Below are positions 31,736 to 41,510 of a DNA stretch of 64,000 nucleotides, one piece after another; the first letter of the stretch is position 1; each line of letters begins with the position of its first letter. The notes beneath the pieces are model-generated. The model worked only from the letters and a program-made list of their open reading frames with translations. It had not been told where the DNA came from and ran no database searches. This DNA comes from Candidatus Bipolaricaulota bacterium (lineage in GTDB: Bacteria > Bipolaricaulota > Bipolaricaulia > UBA7950 > UBA9294). The DNA lies in assembly GCA_040752575.1 (NCBI GenBank), contig JBFMGK010000015.1:23779-87778 (forward strand), in the 5' to 3' direction. A program made the translations under genes and the position numbers.

Positions 31736-32232
31736 GCCGCGTCCTCTCCTTCGGTCCCGACGTTGCGGAGGGTGCTGCATCGGCAGTCCGACGCGCGTAG
31801 AAGACGCGCCCGCACGACGCGGAGGAGCCGCGCCAACGTCTCGACGTCCGCCGGCTCAAGACAGGTTCCGATTTCCTCTTCGAGCCCGCGGAAGCAGTCC
31901 TCGGCTTCGGCGCGGAGGCCGCGCGCCTTGGCCGTGAGGTAGACGCGCGACAGCCGTTGGTCGGCGGGGTCGGCGCGACGCTCGACCCAACCGTCGCGCT
32001 CCATGCGCTGCAGCATGGCGCTTACCGAGGCCGCAGTCAGTCGCAGGCGCCGAGCCACCTCGCCCTGGGTCACGCCTTCGTGATGTCCAAGGAAGAACAA
32101 CGCCGGCCCCTGGGCCGGGTGCAGGCCGACCGCGTCGAGCCGTACCCGCAGCCTCTCGCCCACCAAGCGACTAACCTGAAGCAAGAGCTGCCCGGCACTC
32201 CGTTGCGCCCCGTCGTCGTCGTAGAACTCCAT
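31732..32232 (-). CDS. MarR family regulator
   Basis: LQRMERDGWVERRADPADQRLSRVYLT. Confidence 0.92.
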   Translation of the reverse strand: MEFYDDDGAQRSAGQLLLQVSRLVGERLRVRLDAVGLHPAQGPALFFLGHHEGVTQGEVARRLRLTAASVSAMLQRMERDGWVERRADPADQRLSRVYLTAKARGLRAEAEDCFRGLEEEIGTCLEPADVETLARLLRVVRARLLRASDCRCSTLRNVGTEGEDAA

Positions 32233-32238
32233 GAGATC

Positions 32239-32271
32239 CTTAGCCTGTTGAATGTTAGATGGCTAAGTATA
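32239..32271. promoter_or_regulatory. Putative MarR operator overlapping -10
   Basis: CTTAGCC-N15-GGCTAAG inverted repeat with internal TTAG-N4-CTAA; minus-strand TATACT at 32266-32271. Confidence 0.6.
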
Positions 32272-32318
32272 CCGGTGCGATGCTCGGGGGCAAGGTGAAC
32301 GGCAAGCGGAGATCGCCG

Positions 32319-32573
32319 CTAGGGGCGACGGTCCTTCAGCGCATCGTGAATCCCGAAGATGGCCATGATGACCTCGCAGACGATGCGCAAGACGACGGGT
32401 CCGACGAGAAGGACGAGAATCCCGTTGAGAATCCCAATCCCCGATCCGAACCGTCCGGCGTGGGTCGCGATCATCGCTACGCCTTCGGCAACGCAAAGCC
32501 CTACCCCGACCCAGAAGACGAGCTCGATGAAGATCGGGGTCAGGAACTTCCGGAACAGCAGGTAGTCGCGCAT
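32319..32573 (-). CDS. DUF4282-like small membrane protein
   Basis: FRKFLTPIFIELVFW...LRIVCEVIMAIFGI. Confidence 0.8.
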   Translation of the reverse strand: MRDYLLFRKFLTPIFIELVFWVGVGLCVAEGVAMIATHAGRFGSGIGILNGILVLLVGPVVLRIVCEVIMAIFGIHDALKDRRP

Positions 32574-32727
32574 GCTCCCTCCTTGGTCGCTTTCGTCCCT
32601 AGCGCCGTACGATAGCCGAACGGGGACAGGCGGCCAAGCAGGGCCGGCCGGAACGCCGCACGAGATGGACGCGAGACGCGGGCGGCCTATCAACGGGTTC
32701 GTCCGCGGAGCGAGGGGGGAGAGGGTC

Positions 32728-33309
32728 GTGAACGTACTCGTCCTACACGGGAGTGCACGCAAGGGCGGAGACACCGACGCCCTCGCCGAGAGCTTTCTCG
32801 GCGGGATGGCCGAGATCGGCTCCCAGGTCGTCCGCCACTTCTTCGCCATCGACATGAAGGTGGCTCACTGCCGCGGGGCGGAGTGCCTCGCCTGCTGCGC
32901 CGACGGCCAAGCCGGTCGCTGCGTCGTCGAAGACGACATGCAGCCGCTCTATCCCGCCCTCCGCGACGCGAACGTCGTGGTTCTGGCGACGCCGATGTTC
33001 TGGGGATACATGACGTCGCAATTGAAGACCGTGTTCGACCGGCTCGAGGCCGTGGCGTCGCCGACCTACTTCGGCGGAAAGGACTTCGTCCTCCTCGTCG
33101 GCTACCGACGCTACTACGGGTCCATGGTCGAGTGGCTGGGGCGGATCGCACGGGGGTTTGGGAGCCGTTTCCACTTCCTGGTCTGCCAAACGTACGACCC
33201 TGCAACCGATCGCGACGTACCGATCCGCGAGACACCCCATCGCCTCGCAGAAGCCCGCGATCTGGGGCGTCGCGTCGCCGCGGCGTGCGGCGGCGGATCA
33301 GACGCCTAG
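32728..33309 (+). CDS. Flavodoxin-family iron-sulfur flavoprotein / FMN reductase
   Basis: GSARKGGDT, C..CLAC....C..EDDM, ATPMFW, LKTVFDR. Confidence 0.85.
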   Translation: MNVLVLHGSARKGGDTDALAESFLGGMAEIGSQVVRHFFAIDMKVAHCRGAECLACCADGQAGRCVVEDDMQPLYPALRDANVVVLATPMFWGYMTSQLKTVFDRLEAVASPTYFGGKDFVLLVGYRRYYGSMVEWLGRIARGFGSRFHFLVCQTYDPATDRDVPIRETPHRLAEARDLGRRVAAACGGGSDA

Positions 33310-34215
33310 CGAGATCAGCGCGACCGAGGCTCCAGCGAGGAGCACGCCCCACAACGCGCGCGGCGTCGGACGCTCGCGCAGGAAGAGAACCGAGAAGAGG
33401 AGACAGAACAGGAGCGTGGCCCCGCGAACGGGGGCCACGCTGCTCGCAGCAGCGCGGCGCAGGCTCTCCAGCCAGAGAAGCCACCCCACTCCGGCGCCGA
33501 CGATCCCGGACAGGACGATGTATCCGAGGCCGCGCGGCGCAAACCGCGCGGGAACGCGTCGACGCAGGAAGGGCAGGAGCAGGGCGGCTCCAAGCGCCCC
33601 GGAGGCGGCGAACAACAACAGGAGGGTCTCCGACGACAGACCGCGGTCGAGGGCCAGCTTCGCCGGCACGGTCTCGGCCACGCCCCAGAGCACGCCGGTT
33701 GCCAAGGCGTAGAGCGTCCCCGCGAGGCCCTTCCCTCTCCCCCTCTGGGCATCGCGCCGCTCCACCAGGAAGGCCGCGCCGGCCACAGCGAGGATCGCGG
33801 CGACGACCGCCTGCCACCGCATCGCTTCTCCGAGGAAGAGGATCGCGGCGAAGACGCCCCACAGCGGCGCGGTATTCGAAAGCGTCGTCGCGCGGTATGC
33901 GGACGTCCGCTCAAGGGCCATCAGGTAGAGGAGACCTCCGAGGGTCGCATCGATGAACCCGGCGAGCACGGCGTATCCCGCCGCCTGCAGAGAAGGAATC
34001 GCCAGGGCGCGCGTCGCGACAGCATAGGCGAGGGCGAACAGCGCCACGAGGCCCCAACGAACCACCAAGTACGTCAGCCGGTCAACGTAGCGGATGGCTG
34101 GGACCGCCGCCGTCATCCCGATGCCCCACGCCGCCGATGCCGCGAGCGCAAGCGCCAACGCCTGAACTGAGATGGGCCCTCCTGTCGTGCCGAGATCGGA
34201 GACGATACTTGGCAC
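33298..34215 (-). CDS. EamA/DMT family transporter
   Basis: Two EamA repeats (LFLGE, LFLRER); start uncertain. Confidence 0.85.
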   Translation of the reverse strand: MPSIVSDLGTTGGPISVQALALALAASAAWGIGMTAAVPAIRYVDRLTYLVVRWGLVALFALAYAVATRALAIPSLQAAGYAVLAGFIDATLGGLLYLMALERTSAYRATTLSNTAPLWGVFAAILFLGEAMRWQAVVAAILAVAGAAFLVERRDAQRGRGKGLAGTLYALATGVLWGVAETVPAKLALDRGLSSETLLLLFAASGALGAALLLPFLRRRVPARFAPRGLGYIVLSGIVGAGVGWLLWLESLRRAAASSVAPVRGATLLFCLLFSVLFLRERPTPRALWGVLLAGASVALISLGV

Positions 34216-34326
34216 GTCGCGCCCTTTCACCCCGCCCGCCACACGGTCTCCACCGCTTGCGCACGCAGCGCACATCGCGATCCGCAAGACTGGAAAACCA
34301 AAAGCAGTTCACATCAGGAGGTTTCT

Positions 34327-34941
34327 ATGGCGAAGGTTCTTGTTGGCTTGGGCGTCGTCGCCGCAGCGGTCGTCTTGGTCCTCGGAGCGTTGGGGGGGCC
34401 GTCGAAGGCCATCGCCGGCCTCACCGACGAGATCCGCAACGAGATCATTCCCGTGGAGGGGACGGAAACGTCCTATGGGATCCCGCTGTCTCTCACATCG
34501 TTGCCGCAGTTCATCGCGTGGTGGACGACGAAGGTCCCGCAGGTCGAGAACGAGGCCGACTACGGATGGGCTCTTGGCTCGCTGGTCGCGCCCTGCTGCG
34601 ACGACAACCCCGTCTTCCATTGCTGCTGCGAAGGCGGCCCCGGACAGGCGTGCAACCTCATCCGGAGCGCCAAGGGACTGGCCGCGCACCTGTTTCTGGA
34701 CCTTGAGTACTCGGCGGACGAGGTCCGCGAGAGCGTCTACGAGTGGCTCCGCTTCGCTCGTCCCGATTACTACGTAGCTGCAGAACTCGCAACTCGCGGG
34801 GAGAACCCGGCGGCGTACGGTCTTACGACGCAAGGCTCGTGTTATCGAGGTCTCTGCAACACGCCGATCAGCCAGGGCGGCTGTGGCGGCATGAACGCAG
34901 ACGAGATCCTCGAGCCGACGCTCACCGATCAGGACGCCTAG
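34327..34941 (+). CDS. Hypothetical membrane-anchored Cys-rich protein
   Basis: RBS AGGAGG; N-terminal TM; PCC...HCCC...C and C...C...C. Confidence 0.8.
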   Translation: MAKVLVGLGVVAAAVVLVLGALGGPSKAIAGLTDEIRNEIIPVEGTETSYGIPLSLTSLPQFIAWWTTKVPQVENEADYGWALGSLVAPCCDDNPVFHCCCEGGPGQACNLIRSAKGLAAHLFLDLEYSADEVRESVYEWLRFARPDYYVAAELATRGENPAAYGLTTQGSCYRGLCNTPISQGGCGGMNADEILEPTLTDQDA

Positions 34942-34955
34942 GGAAGCGCTGGCCG

Positions 34956-36989
34956 TCAGTCCCACATGTCGCGCATGCGCTGACGTACGTCGTCGTCAGG
35001 GTCGTAGAACGACCCTAGGTCTTCCTTCGGCTCCGGTTGCGCGAGCGCGATCTCCTCGACGGACGCGAGGACGTCCTTTGTGAAGAAGCGGCAGAGCTGC
35101 GCGTAGCTGTGCGCGTCGCCGAGCGCATACCACTTGTGGTAGTAGCGCAGGGGCCATGTCACGTACAGGTGGTCCTTCGCCCGCGTGAGCGCAACGTAGG
35201 CCAGCCGCCGCTCTTCTTCGATCTCCTCTTGCGATCCTGTCGAGAGGTCCGACGGCAGGAAGCCGTCCGCAGCGTGGATCAGGTACACGACGTCCCACTC
35301 ACAGCCCTTCGCGGAGTGGATGGTCGACAGCACGAGCCAGTCTTCATCGAGCGTCGGAGCCGCGGCCAGGTCGCTCGTCGACGTCGGCGGGTCGAGCTGC
35401 ACGTCGGCAAGGAACTGGCCCCGCGAGCGGTAGCCTCCCGCGATCTGCTCAAGGCTGATGAGGTCGCGTACGCGAGCCGCAGGGTTCTCGTACGTTTTCT
35501 CGAAGATCGGGTCGTAGAACCTGCGGATTCGCTCGACCTGCGCTTCGGGGTTCTTCGCGCCCATGGGAACGAGGTCGTCAAAGACCCCGGCCAAGTCCGC
35601 CAGCCCGGCCCGTGCCGCCGGGGGACCGCCGAACGAGCGTACCGAGCGCGGGTCTCCGCCGTGCAGGCCGACGTGGTCGACGATCCGCGACGCCGTCGTC
35701 GGCCCGACCCCGTCCAGAAGGTCCAAGATGCGGAACCAGGCGAGCTCGTCGCGCGGGTTCTCGAGAACGCGAAGAAACGCGAGGAGGTCTTTCACGTGAG
35801 CCGCCTCGAGGAACCGCAGTCCGCCGTACTTGTGATACGGGATGTTGCGCCGCGCGAGTTCGATTTCGAGCGTGTCCGAGAGGTGGGCGGCACGGAACAG
35901 CACGGCCTGTCGGCGCAACGGGATGCCCTCTTCGTAGTGGCGCAAGACCTCGTCGACGACGTAGTGATCCTGTTCCGTCGTGTCCTTGCACAGGACCAGT
36001 CGCGGTCGCTGATCGCTCGCCCGCCGAGACCACAGGTCCTTCGTGAATCGCTCGCTCGCCCCGGCAATCAACCGGTTGGCAGTGTCGAGAATCGGAGACA
36101 CGGATCGGTAGTTCTGCTCGAGCGTTACGACGGCCGCTCCCGGGAACTGCTTAGGGAAGTCGAGCATGTTCCGCACCGTGGCCCCGCGGAACCGGTAGAT
36201 GCTCTGCGCGTCGTCACCGACCACCATGAGATTCCGGTTGTCGCGCCGCATCCCTAGGAGGATACGTGCCTGAACGACGTTCGTGTCCTGATACTCGTCG
36301 ACGAGGACGTGATCGAATCGGCCGTCTAGCTCGGCCGCGAGCCGCGGGCTCTCCAGGAGCGACATCCAATAGAGCAGAAGGTCGTCGTAGTCGAGGACGT
36401 TGCGCTCCTGCTTGCGCGCGACGTAGCGCTTGAACAGCTCGCGCAGCTCCGCCTCCCAGGCACCGCACCACGGGAAGTCGCGCTCGAGCACATCCTTGAG
36501 TTCCTCGCCGCTGTTCACGCGCCTCGAGTAGATCGCCAGACACGTCCCTTTTCGCGGGAATCGCTTCTCCTTCTCGTGCAGCCCCATTTCGTGGCGGATC
36601 AAGTGGATCAGGCTCTCGGCGTCGCCCTGGTCGAGCACGGTGAAGTCCCGGCTGATGCCAATCGACTCGGCGTACAGCCGGAGAAGGCGGTGGGCCATCG
36701 CGTGGAACGTCCCGCCCCAGACGCGCCCGGTCGTCGAGGTTCCTCGCGCAACAATCGTCGACGCCCGCTCGAGCATCTCCTGAGCCGCTCTGCGGGTGAA
36801 CGTCAACAGGAGAATTCGTCCGGGGTCGACGCCCTGCGAGATCAGGTAGGCGACGCGATACGCCAACGTCTTGGTCTTGCCGGTGCCGGCGCCGGCCACA
36901 ACCAGCAGGGGGCCGGAGCCGTGCGTGACGGCCGCGCGCTGTTCGGGATTCAGATCGGAAAGCCACGTTGCGTCCTGCTCGCCCCTCAT
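34956..36989 (-). CDS. UvrD/Rep/PcrA family helicase
   Basis: AGAGTGKT, VDEYQD, VGDDAQSIYRFRGA, STIHSAKG, EERRLAYVALTRAK. Confidence 0.95.
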   Translation of the reverse strand: MRGEQDATWLSDLNPEQRAAVTHGSGPLLVVAGAGTGKTKTLAYRVAYLISQGVDPGRILLLTFTRRAAQEMLERASTIVARGTSTTGRVWGGTFHAMAHRLLRLYAESIGISRDFTVLDQGDAESLIHLIRHEMGLHEKEKRFPRKGTCLAIYSRRVNSGEELKDVLERDFPWCGAWEAELRELFKRYVARKQERNVLDYDDLLLYWMSLLESPRLAAELDGRFDHVLVDEYQDTNVVQARILLGMRRDNRNLMVVGDDAQSIYRFRGATVRNMLDFPKQFPGAAVVTLEQNYRSVSPILDTANRLIAGASERFTKDLWSRRASDQRPRLVLCKDTTEQDHYVVDEVLRHYEEGIPLRRQAVLFRAAHLSDTLEIELARRNIPYHKYGGLRFLEAAHVKDLLAFLRVLENPRDELAWFRILDLLDGVGPTTASRIVDHVGLHGGDPRSVRSFGGPPAARAGLADLAGVFDDLVPMGAKNPEAQVERIRRFYDPIFEKTYENPAARVRDLISLEQIAGGYRSRGQFLADVQLDPPTSTSDLAAAPTLDEDWLVLSTIHSAKGCEWDVVYLIHAADGFLPSDLSTGSQEEIEEERRLAYVALTRAKDHLYVTWPLRYYHKWYALGDAHSYAQLCRFFTKDVLASVEEIALAQPEPKEDLGSFYDPDDDVRQRMRDMWD

Positions 36990-37097
36990 GAGCCCCCAGG
37001 GTACCCGACGGCCGGGGCTCCGGCTACGGTCGCGTGCGCACAGGTCTCCGGTTAGGGAGCGTAGACGAGCCGAGGTGCGGGAGTCGACTGCCCCGGA

Positions 37098-39206
37098 CTA
37101 CCGCGGCGTCGTGGCCCCGTAGACTGCGCCGCTGTCACCGCTGCAGCCACAAGGGTTGGACGCTTTGACCTTGTACCAGAACTCCTGCCCCGGCTCGAGT
37201 CCTTCGTCGACGTACCGCGTTTCTGTGATCCCCGTCGCGATTGTGGCAAAGGGTCCCTCGCGCGCCGGTGCCCGGCTGACGTTGTAGACCTCGGTGTCCT
37301 CCATCGGGAGCCACGTCACCTCAATGGAGTTGGTGTAGGTTCCCATCGAAGCGCGGACGCCTTCCGGCGCCGCGGGCCGGTAACCATAGCTCCCGTAGAT
37401 GGTCTTGGACGGGGCGCTCTCCTCCTCGCCGGCGAGAGCCTGAACCCGATACCAGTAGTCGCCGCAGAGAACGACATCTCGATCCTCCCACGAGGTGCTG
37501 TCGGTTTCGATGACCGGTTCATAGGTCCCGCGATAGCTCGTTGCTCGCAAAACGCGGTAGCTCTCCGCCCCGCGCACGGTGCTCCAGGAGACCATGACGA
37601 GACCATAGGGTCGGCCTCGTGTGGCATCAAACCAGGAGGGCGGGCTGAGGCGCGTCGGGTCGGGCGGAAGGTCGTAGAACGCCATGCCTTGCGCCTGAGG
37701 GCTCAACTCGCTCTTGCCGCAGCCGTTCTCCGCAAAAACCCGGTAGTTGTACGTCTGTCCCACAACGACGTCGGTGTCCACGAAAAGCGCCTCGGGACCG
37801 CTATAGACGTCGTACTGCTGCGCCGGCACCCTCGGCTGGTCGCTCATGGGCTGCGTCCTCATCAGACGATACGACGTGGCCCCTTCGACAGGCGCCCACT
37901 GAACGATCACGGTCGCGGCTTGCGTACCGCCATCGGTCCAGATCCTCGTCGGAGGCATGGGGACAAGGCCCACGTAGCCGGGAGTCGAGACGGTCTCGAG
38001 GCCCAATGCGCCACTGTTGAGCGAGCGGATGGCGTACGAGTACGGGGTGCATGTCTCGACGTCTCGGTCCTGGAAAGAAAGCCCGCTCGCAACGGCAACT
38101 GGCTCGTAGGCCCCGCCAGCCCTCTCGGCGCGCAGAACCTCGTAGGTCGATGCCCCGGCAGCCGGCTTCCACTCGACGAGAATGCGGTCACCGTAGCTGC
38201 CGCGGCTGGCCGACGCCATGCCGGGCGCGGAGCCGCGCGGCAGGCGGTTCTCTGTCGTCGAGGTTCCCGATGGAGGTAGACCGACCGATGCCCACCCGGC
38301 ACCCGTCGCCGTGCGGACCAACACGTAGACGGGGTGAATTGCGCCATCCACCTTCACCGAGGCCATCGCCGTCCCGTCTGCGCCCGTCTGCTCCATGGCT
38401 TCGAGCAGCCCCGCCAGTTGAGAAACCGACACGGAGACCGACGTCGCTTCGGCCCAGGATGAGTCTGCCAGCGCGCCCGTCAAGGTCATCCCGCTCTGCT
38501 CTAACGCGAGGCGGTCCGCGTCCGCCAACGCCAAACCCACGATTTCGACCGACGATGTGTCCATGAGAATGGGCGATGGAGAGAGCGTGAGCGGCGCCTC
38601 GGGGTCCTCCGATGTCACGATGTCGCCCCGCGAGACGTATCTCCAGCCCAGGCTGGACATCCAACTCCAGAAGTCGCCCGCCGCGACCGAGGAGAAGGCC
38701 AGAAGGTCCTTCGGCGCAGCCAACGCGATCTCCGACGATGATGCGCCCTCCGGTACCGGAGGGGTGGGAGTGCACGCCATGCCGTCAAGGACCTGGAGGA
38801 CGTCGTTCCGCTGGGCCAGCGCACGGATCTGGCTGCCCGCGCCTCGCGCAACGAGCAAACCCAGTCCGTAGATCGGCGCAAGTCCAATCTCCCAGGCCAT
38901 GCCGTCGGCTCGCAGAAGCGCTAACGTGTTCTCGACGACGGCGTCCTGCGCGACCTGGGACGCCGCTTCGCGTCCGCCTGACAGCCAAGCTCGATGCGAG
39001 GTCGCAGCGTACGCCTCGTGCTGAACGTCGGTGGAAGAGATCCCCAGAACGCTCACCAGAACGGTTCGTTCTTCCGTTGTACCGTTGTCGATCCAACGCA
39101 GGACGGACGGCGCGACCTTGTCTCTCCATGTCCCCGCAGCAGTTAACGCAAGAGCGACAAACCCCAAGCTCAGGACTCCCATGAGGACGATTCGCCGGAA
39201 GACCAT
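37098..39206 (-). CDS. Secreted fibronectin type III repeat protein
   Basis: Signal peptide; four FN3-like repeats (W..V.GA.SY.V.R...Y.Y.V.A). Confidence 0.85.
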   Translation of the reverse strand: MVFRRIVLMGVLSLGFVALALTAAGTWRDKVAPSVLRWIDNGTTEERTVLVSVLGISSTDVQHEAYAATSHRAWLSGGREAASQVAQDAVVENTLALLRADGMAWEIGLAPIYGLGLLVARGAGSQIRALAQRNDVLQVLDGMACTPTPPVPEGASSSEIALAAPKDLLAFSSVAAGDFWSWMSSLGWRYVSRGDIVTSEDPEAPLTLSPSPILMDTSSVEIVGLALADADRLALEQSGMTLTGALADSSWAEATSVSVSVSQLAGLLEAMEQTGADGTAMASVKVDGAIHPVYVLVRTATGAGWASVGLPPSGTSTTENRLPRGSAPGMASASRGSYGDRILVEWKPAAGASTYEVLRAERAGGAYEPVAVASGLSFQDRDVETCTPYSYAIRSLNSGALGLETVSTPGYVGLVPMPPTRIWTDGGTQAATVIVQWAPVEGATSYRLMRTQPMSDQPRVPAQQYDVYSGPEALFVDTDVVVGQTYNYRVFAENGCGKSELSPQAQGMAFYDLPPDPTRLSPPSWFDATRGRPYGLVMVSWSTVRGAESYRVLRATSYRGTYEPVIETDSTSWEDRDVVLCGDYWYRVQALAGEEESAPSKTIYGSYGYRPAAPEGVRASMGTYTNSIEVTWLPMEDTEVYNVSRAPAREGPFATIATGITETRYVDEGLEPGQEFWYKVKASNPCGCSGDSGAVYGATTPR

Positions 39207-39433
39207 ACGACCTCCTTCCGGACGCGCCGGAAGGACGAGGAAGGCCTAGAGGGTGGCGAGCTTCCCCGTAGATGACGGCGAGTCCCGCACGAGCCCGACC
39301 CTATTCCATCATAACACATCCGTAACGGATATCCAACCTCGTCGAGATCACCTTGCGGATTCGTGCGCGACGGAGAACAATCGTGTAACCAAGGCCCCGT
39401 CGCGCAACGCGGGCCGCGCGGGAGACCAGAGAG

Positions 39434-40012
39434 ATGCCCTCTCGGCCGTATCTGTTCAACACACAATGCCTCGCTGTCCGACGCGCCGTGGCAGACGATG
39501 CCCCGTTCATCCTCTCGTTGTGGAGCGATCCGCAGGTCATGCGCTTCGTTGGGTTTCCCCGCGGCCTTCCGACGGCGGCACGCGACGTCTCACAACGCCT
39601 TCGCCTCCCCGGCCGCTCGCCGCTTCTCGTCGTCGAGTACCGTGAGACGGGCGAGCCGGTTGGACAATGCCTGCTCGGGGCGCCCGACGAGTGCGGCGTC
39701 TGCGAGCCGGACATCAAGCTGACGCCGTGCCAGTGGGGACGGGGATACGGCACGGAGCTTTGGGTCGCCATCATCGATCAGCTGTTCCTGACGACCGCTT
39801 GCGCCGCTGTGCGCGGGACGCCGAACGTCGCCAACGTCGCCTCGATCCGGATGATGGAGGCGGCGGGCATGCGCCGCGTCGGCGAGGGCCGGTTCGAGTT
39901 CCCGTGCTCCATGCAGGCCTACACGGTTCCCGTTCCGCACTTCGTCTACGAGATCACGCGTGCGGCCTGGCAGGGACGCCGAGAAGAAGTCTCCGGCCGA
40001 ACCAGCGAGTAG
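39434..40012 (+). CDS. GNAT acetyltransferase, RimJ/RimL type
   Basis: WGRGYGTE, NVASIRMMEAAGM. Confidence 0.88.
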   Translation: MPSRPYLFNTQCLAVRRAVADDAPFILSLWSDPQVMRFVGFPRGLPTAARDVSQRLRLPGRSPLLVVEYRETGEPVGQCLLGAPDECGVCEPDIKLTPCQWGRGYGTELWVAIIDQLFLTTACAAVRGTPNVANVASIRMMEAAGMRRVGEGRFEFPCSMQAYTVPVPHFVYEITRAAWQGRREEVSGRTSE

Positions 40013-40036
40013 GATAGCGAGCAGCGAGGAGGTTCC

Positions 40037-41029
40037 ATGTCCCTTCGTCCGATACGCCTGCCCCAGGATCTGATCCCCGCGGCCGACATGCTCATGCAGA
40101 CGTTCCAGTATCCGGACCACCCGGAGTGGGGCGTCCAATCCGACGAGCAGGCGGCTCTGGTCGACTCGATTCGCCGCATGCGCCGCATCTGGCCGATCGT
40201 GCGCGCCCTGCAGCTCGTCTCGCCCTCGCTTCGCGACCTCGCGCGCGGCTTCGTGTTCGAGGAGGGCGGCCGTCTCGTCGGGCTGACGCTCGCCAATCGA
40301 GAGGGCTTGACGTCGTGCTGGTACATCGGGACCGTGGGTGTCCTTCCCGGATTCCGAGGCCGCGGCATCGCGCGGCAGGTCTTGACGGCGACGCTCGAGA
40401 TGATGCGCAAGCGCCGGGGCGAACGCGTGCGGCTCGGCGTCATCAACGGCAACACGCCGGCGCAAGCCCTCTACCGATCGCTCGGATTCGCGGACTACGG
40501 GGGCTCGACGCGCTACGCGCGCGAAGCCGGGAGCGCGCCGGAGCCTGGAGCGCTATCCGAGAGGTACGAGGAGACCCCCCTGCGGGAGTTCGATTGGCGG
40601 ACGCGCTATGAGCTGGACCGTCGGATCGTGCCGGCCGAGCAGCAAGCCTACGAGCCGATCGTGCCGGCGCGGTATCGGACTCCGGCGCCGATTCGCCTTC
40701 TCGCGCCGCTGTTTCGACTTGCTGAGAACACCAAGGACCGCGACGTCGTGGTCCGCGATCGAGCAAGCGGCCAGGTGGTCGCGCGCTGCGGCTGGACGTG
40801 GCCGAGGACTCCCAAGGGGATGAACTCCGTGCGCGTTCGCGTCGACCCGGCGCACGCCGCGCTATCGTCATATCTCGTCCGCCGCGGCCTCGCCGAGGTC
40901 ACCGCCCGGCGTCCCGAGCTGCGCGTCGACCTGTTTGTGCCAACGTGGATGCCGGACGCCGCCCGCGAGGCGGAAGCGCTGGGCTTCACGCGCCGGACGT
41001 CGAATCGCCTCATGGGCATGAAGTTGTAG
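40037..41029 (+). CDS. GNAT family acetyltransferase
   Basis: VGVLPGFRGRGIA, NTPAQALYRSLGF. Confidence 0.88.
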   Translation: MSLRPIRLPQDLIPAADMLMQTFQYPDHPEWGVQSDEQAALVDSIRRMRRIWPIVRALQLVSPSLRDLARGFVFEEGGRLVGLTLANREGLTSCWYIGTVGVLPGFRGRGIARQVLTATLEMMRKRRGERVRLGVINGNTPAQALYRSLGFADYGGSTRYAREAGSAPEPGALSERYEETPLREFDWRTRYELDRRIVPAEQQAYEPIVPARYRTPAPIRLLAPLFRLAENTKDRDVVVRDRASGQVVARCGWTWPRTPKGMNSVRVRVDPAHAALSSYLVRRGLAEVTARRPELRVDLFVPTWMPDAAREAEALGFTRRTSNRLMGMKL

Positions 41030-41084
41030 CCTTCGGTTCGGGAGTTGCTCCCGCCGTTCGTGGGTCGGTAGAGTGTCCACCGCC

Positions 41085-41510
41085 ATGGTGAAGCGCCTCT
41101 CGGTGATCGACGTCGACCGCTGCGTGGGCTGTCAGCTCTGCGTCTTTGCCTGCGCGCGACGCGAGGGGCACGGCGGCACTGCCGGGGCGCGGATCGGCGT
41201 CCGCTCGGCGGGCGGAATGCGGCGGGGGTTCGTCGTCGTCGTGTGCCGGGCGTGCAGCGACCCGCCGTGCGCGCGCGATTGTCCCACCGGTGCGCTCGTT
41301 CCCCGCGACGGCGGCGGCGTCCGCTTCCAGAGCGACCTCTGCACAAGTTGCGGCGCGTGCCGCGATGCCTGTCCGTTCGGCGCAGTCTTCTGGGACGAGA
41401 CGACCGGCCGGCCGCTCGTCTGTGTCTATTGCGGCACGTGCGCCCGTTACTGCCCTCATGATGTTCTCGCGCTCGAGGAGATCGAGGGGAGGTCAGATGT
41501 CTCCGAGTGA
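41085..41510 (+). CDS. 4Fe-4S polyferredoxin subunit of AOR
   Basis: Four CxxCxxC...C-type clusters; overlaps AOR start. Confidence 0.9.
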   Translation: MVKRLSVIDVDRCVGCQLCVFACARREGHGGTAGARIGVRSAGGMRRGFVVVVCRACSDPPCARDCPTGALVPRDGGGVRFQSDLCTSCGACRDACPFGAVFWDETTGRPLVCVYCGTCARYCPHDVLALEEIEGRSDVSE

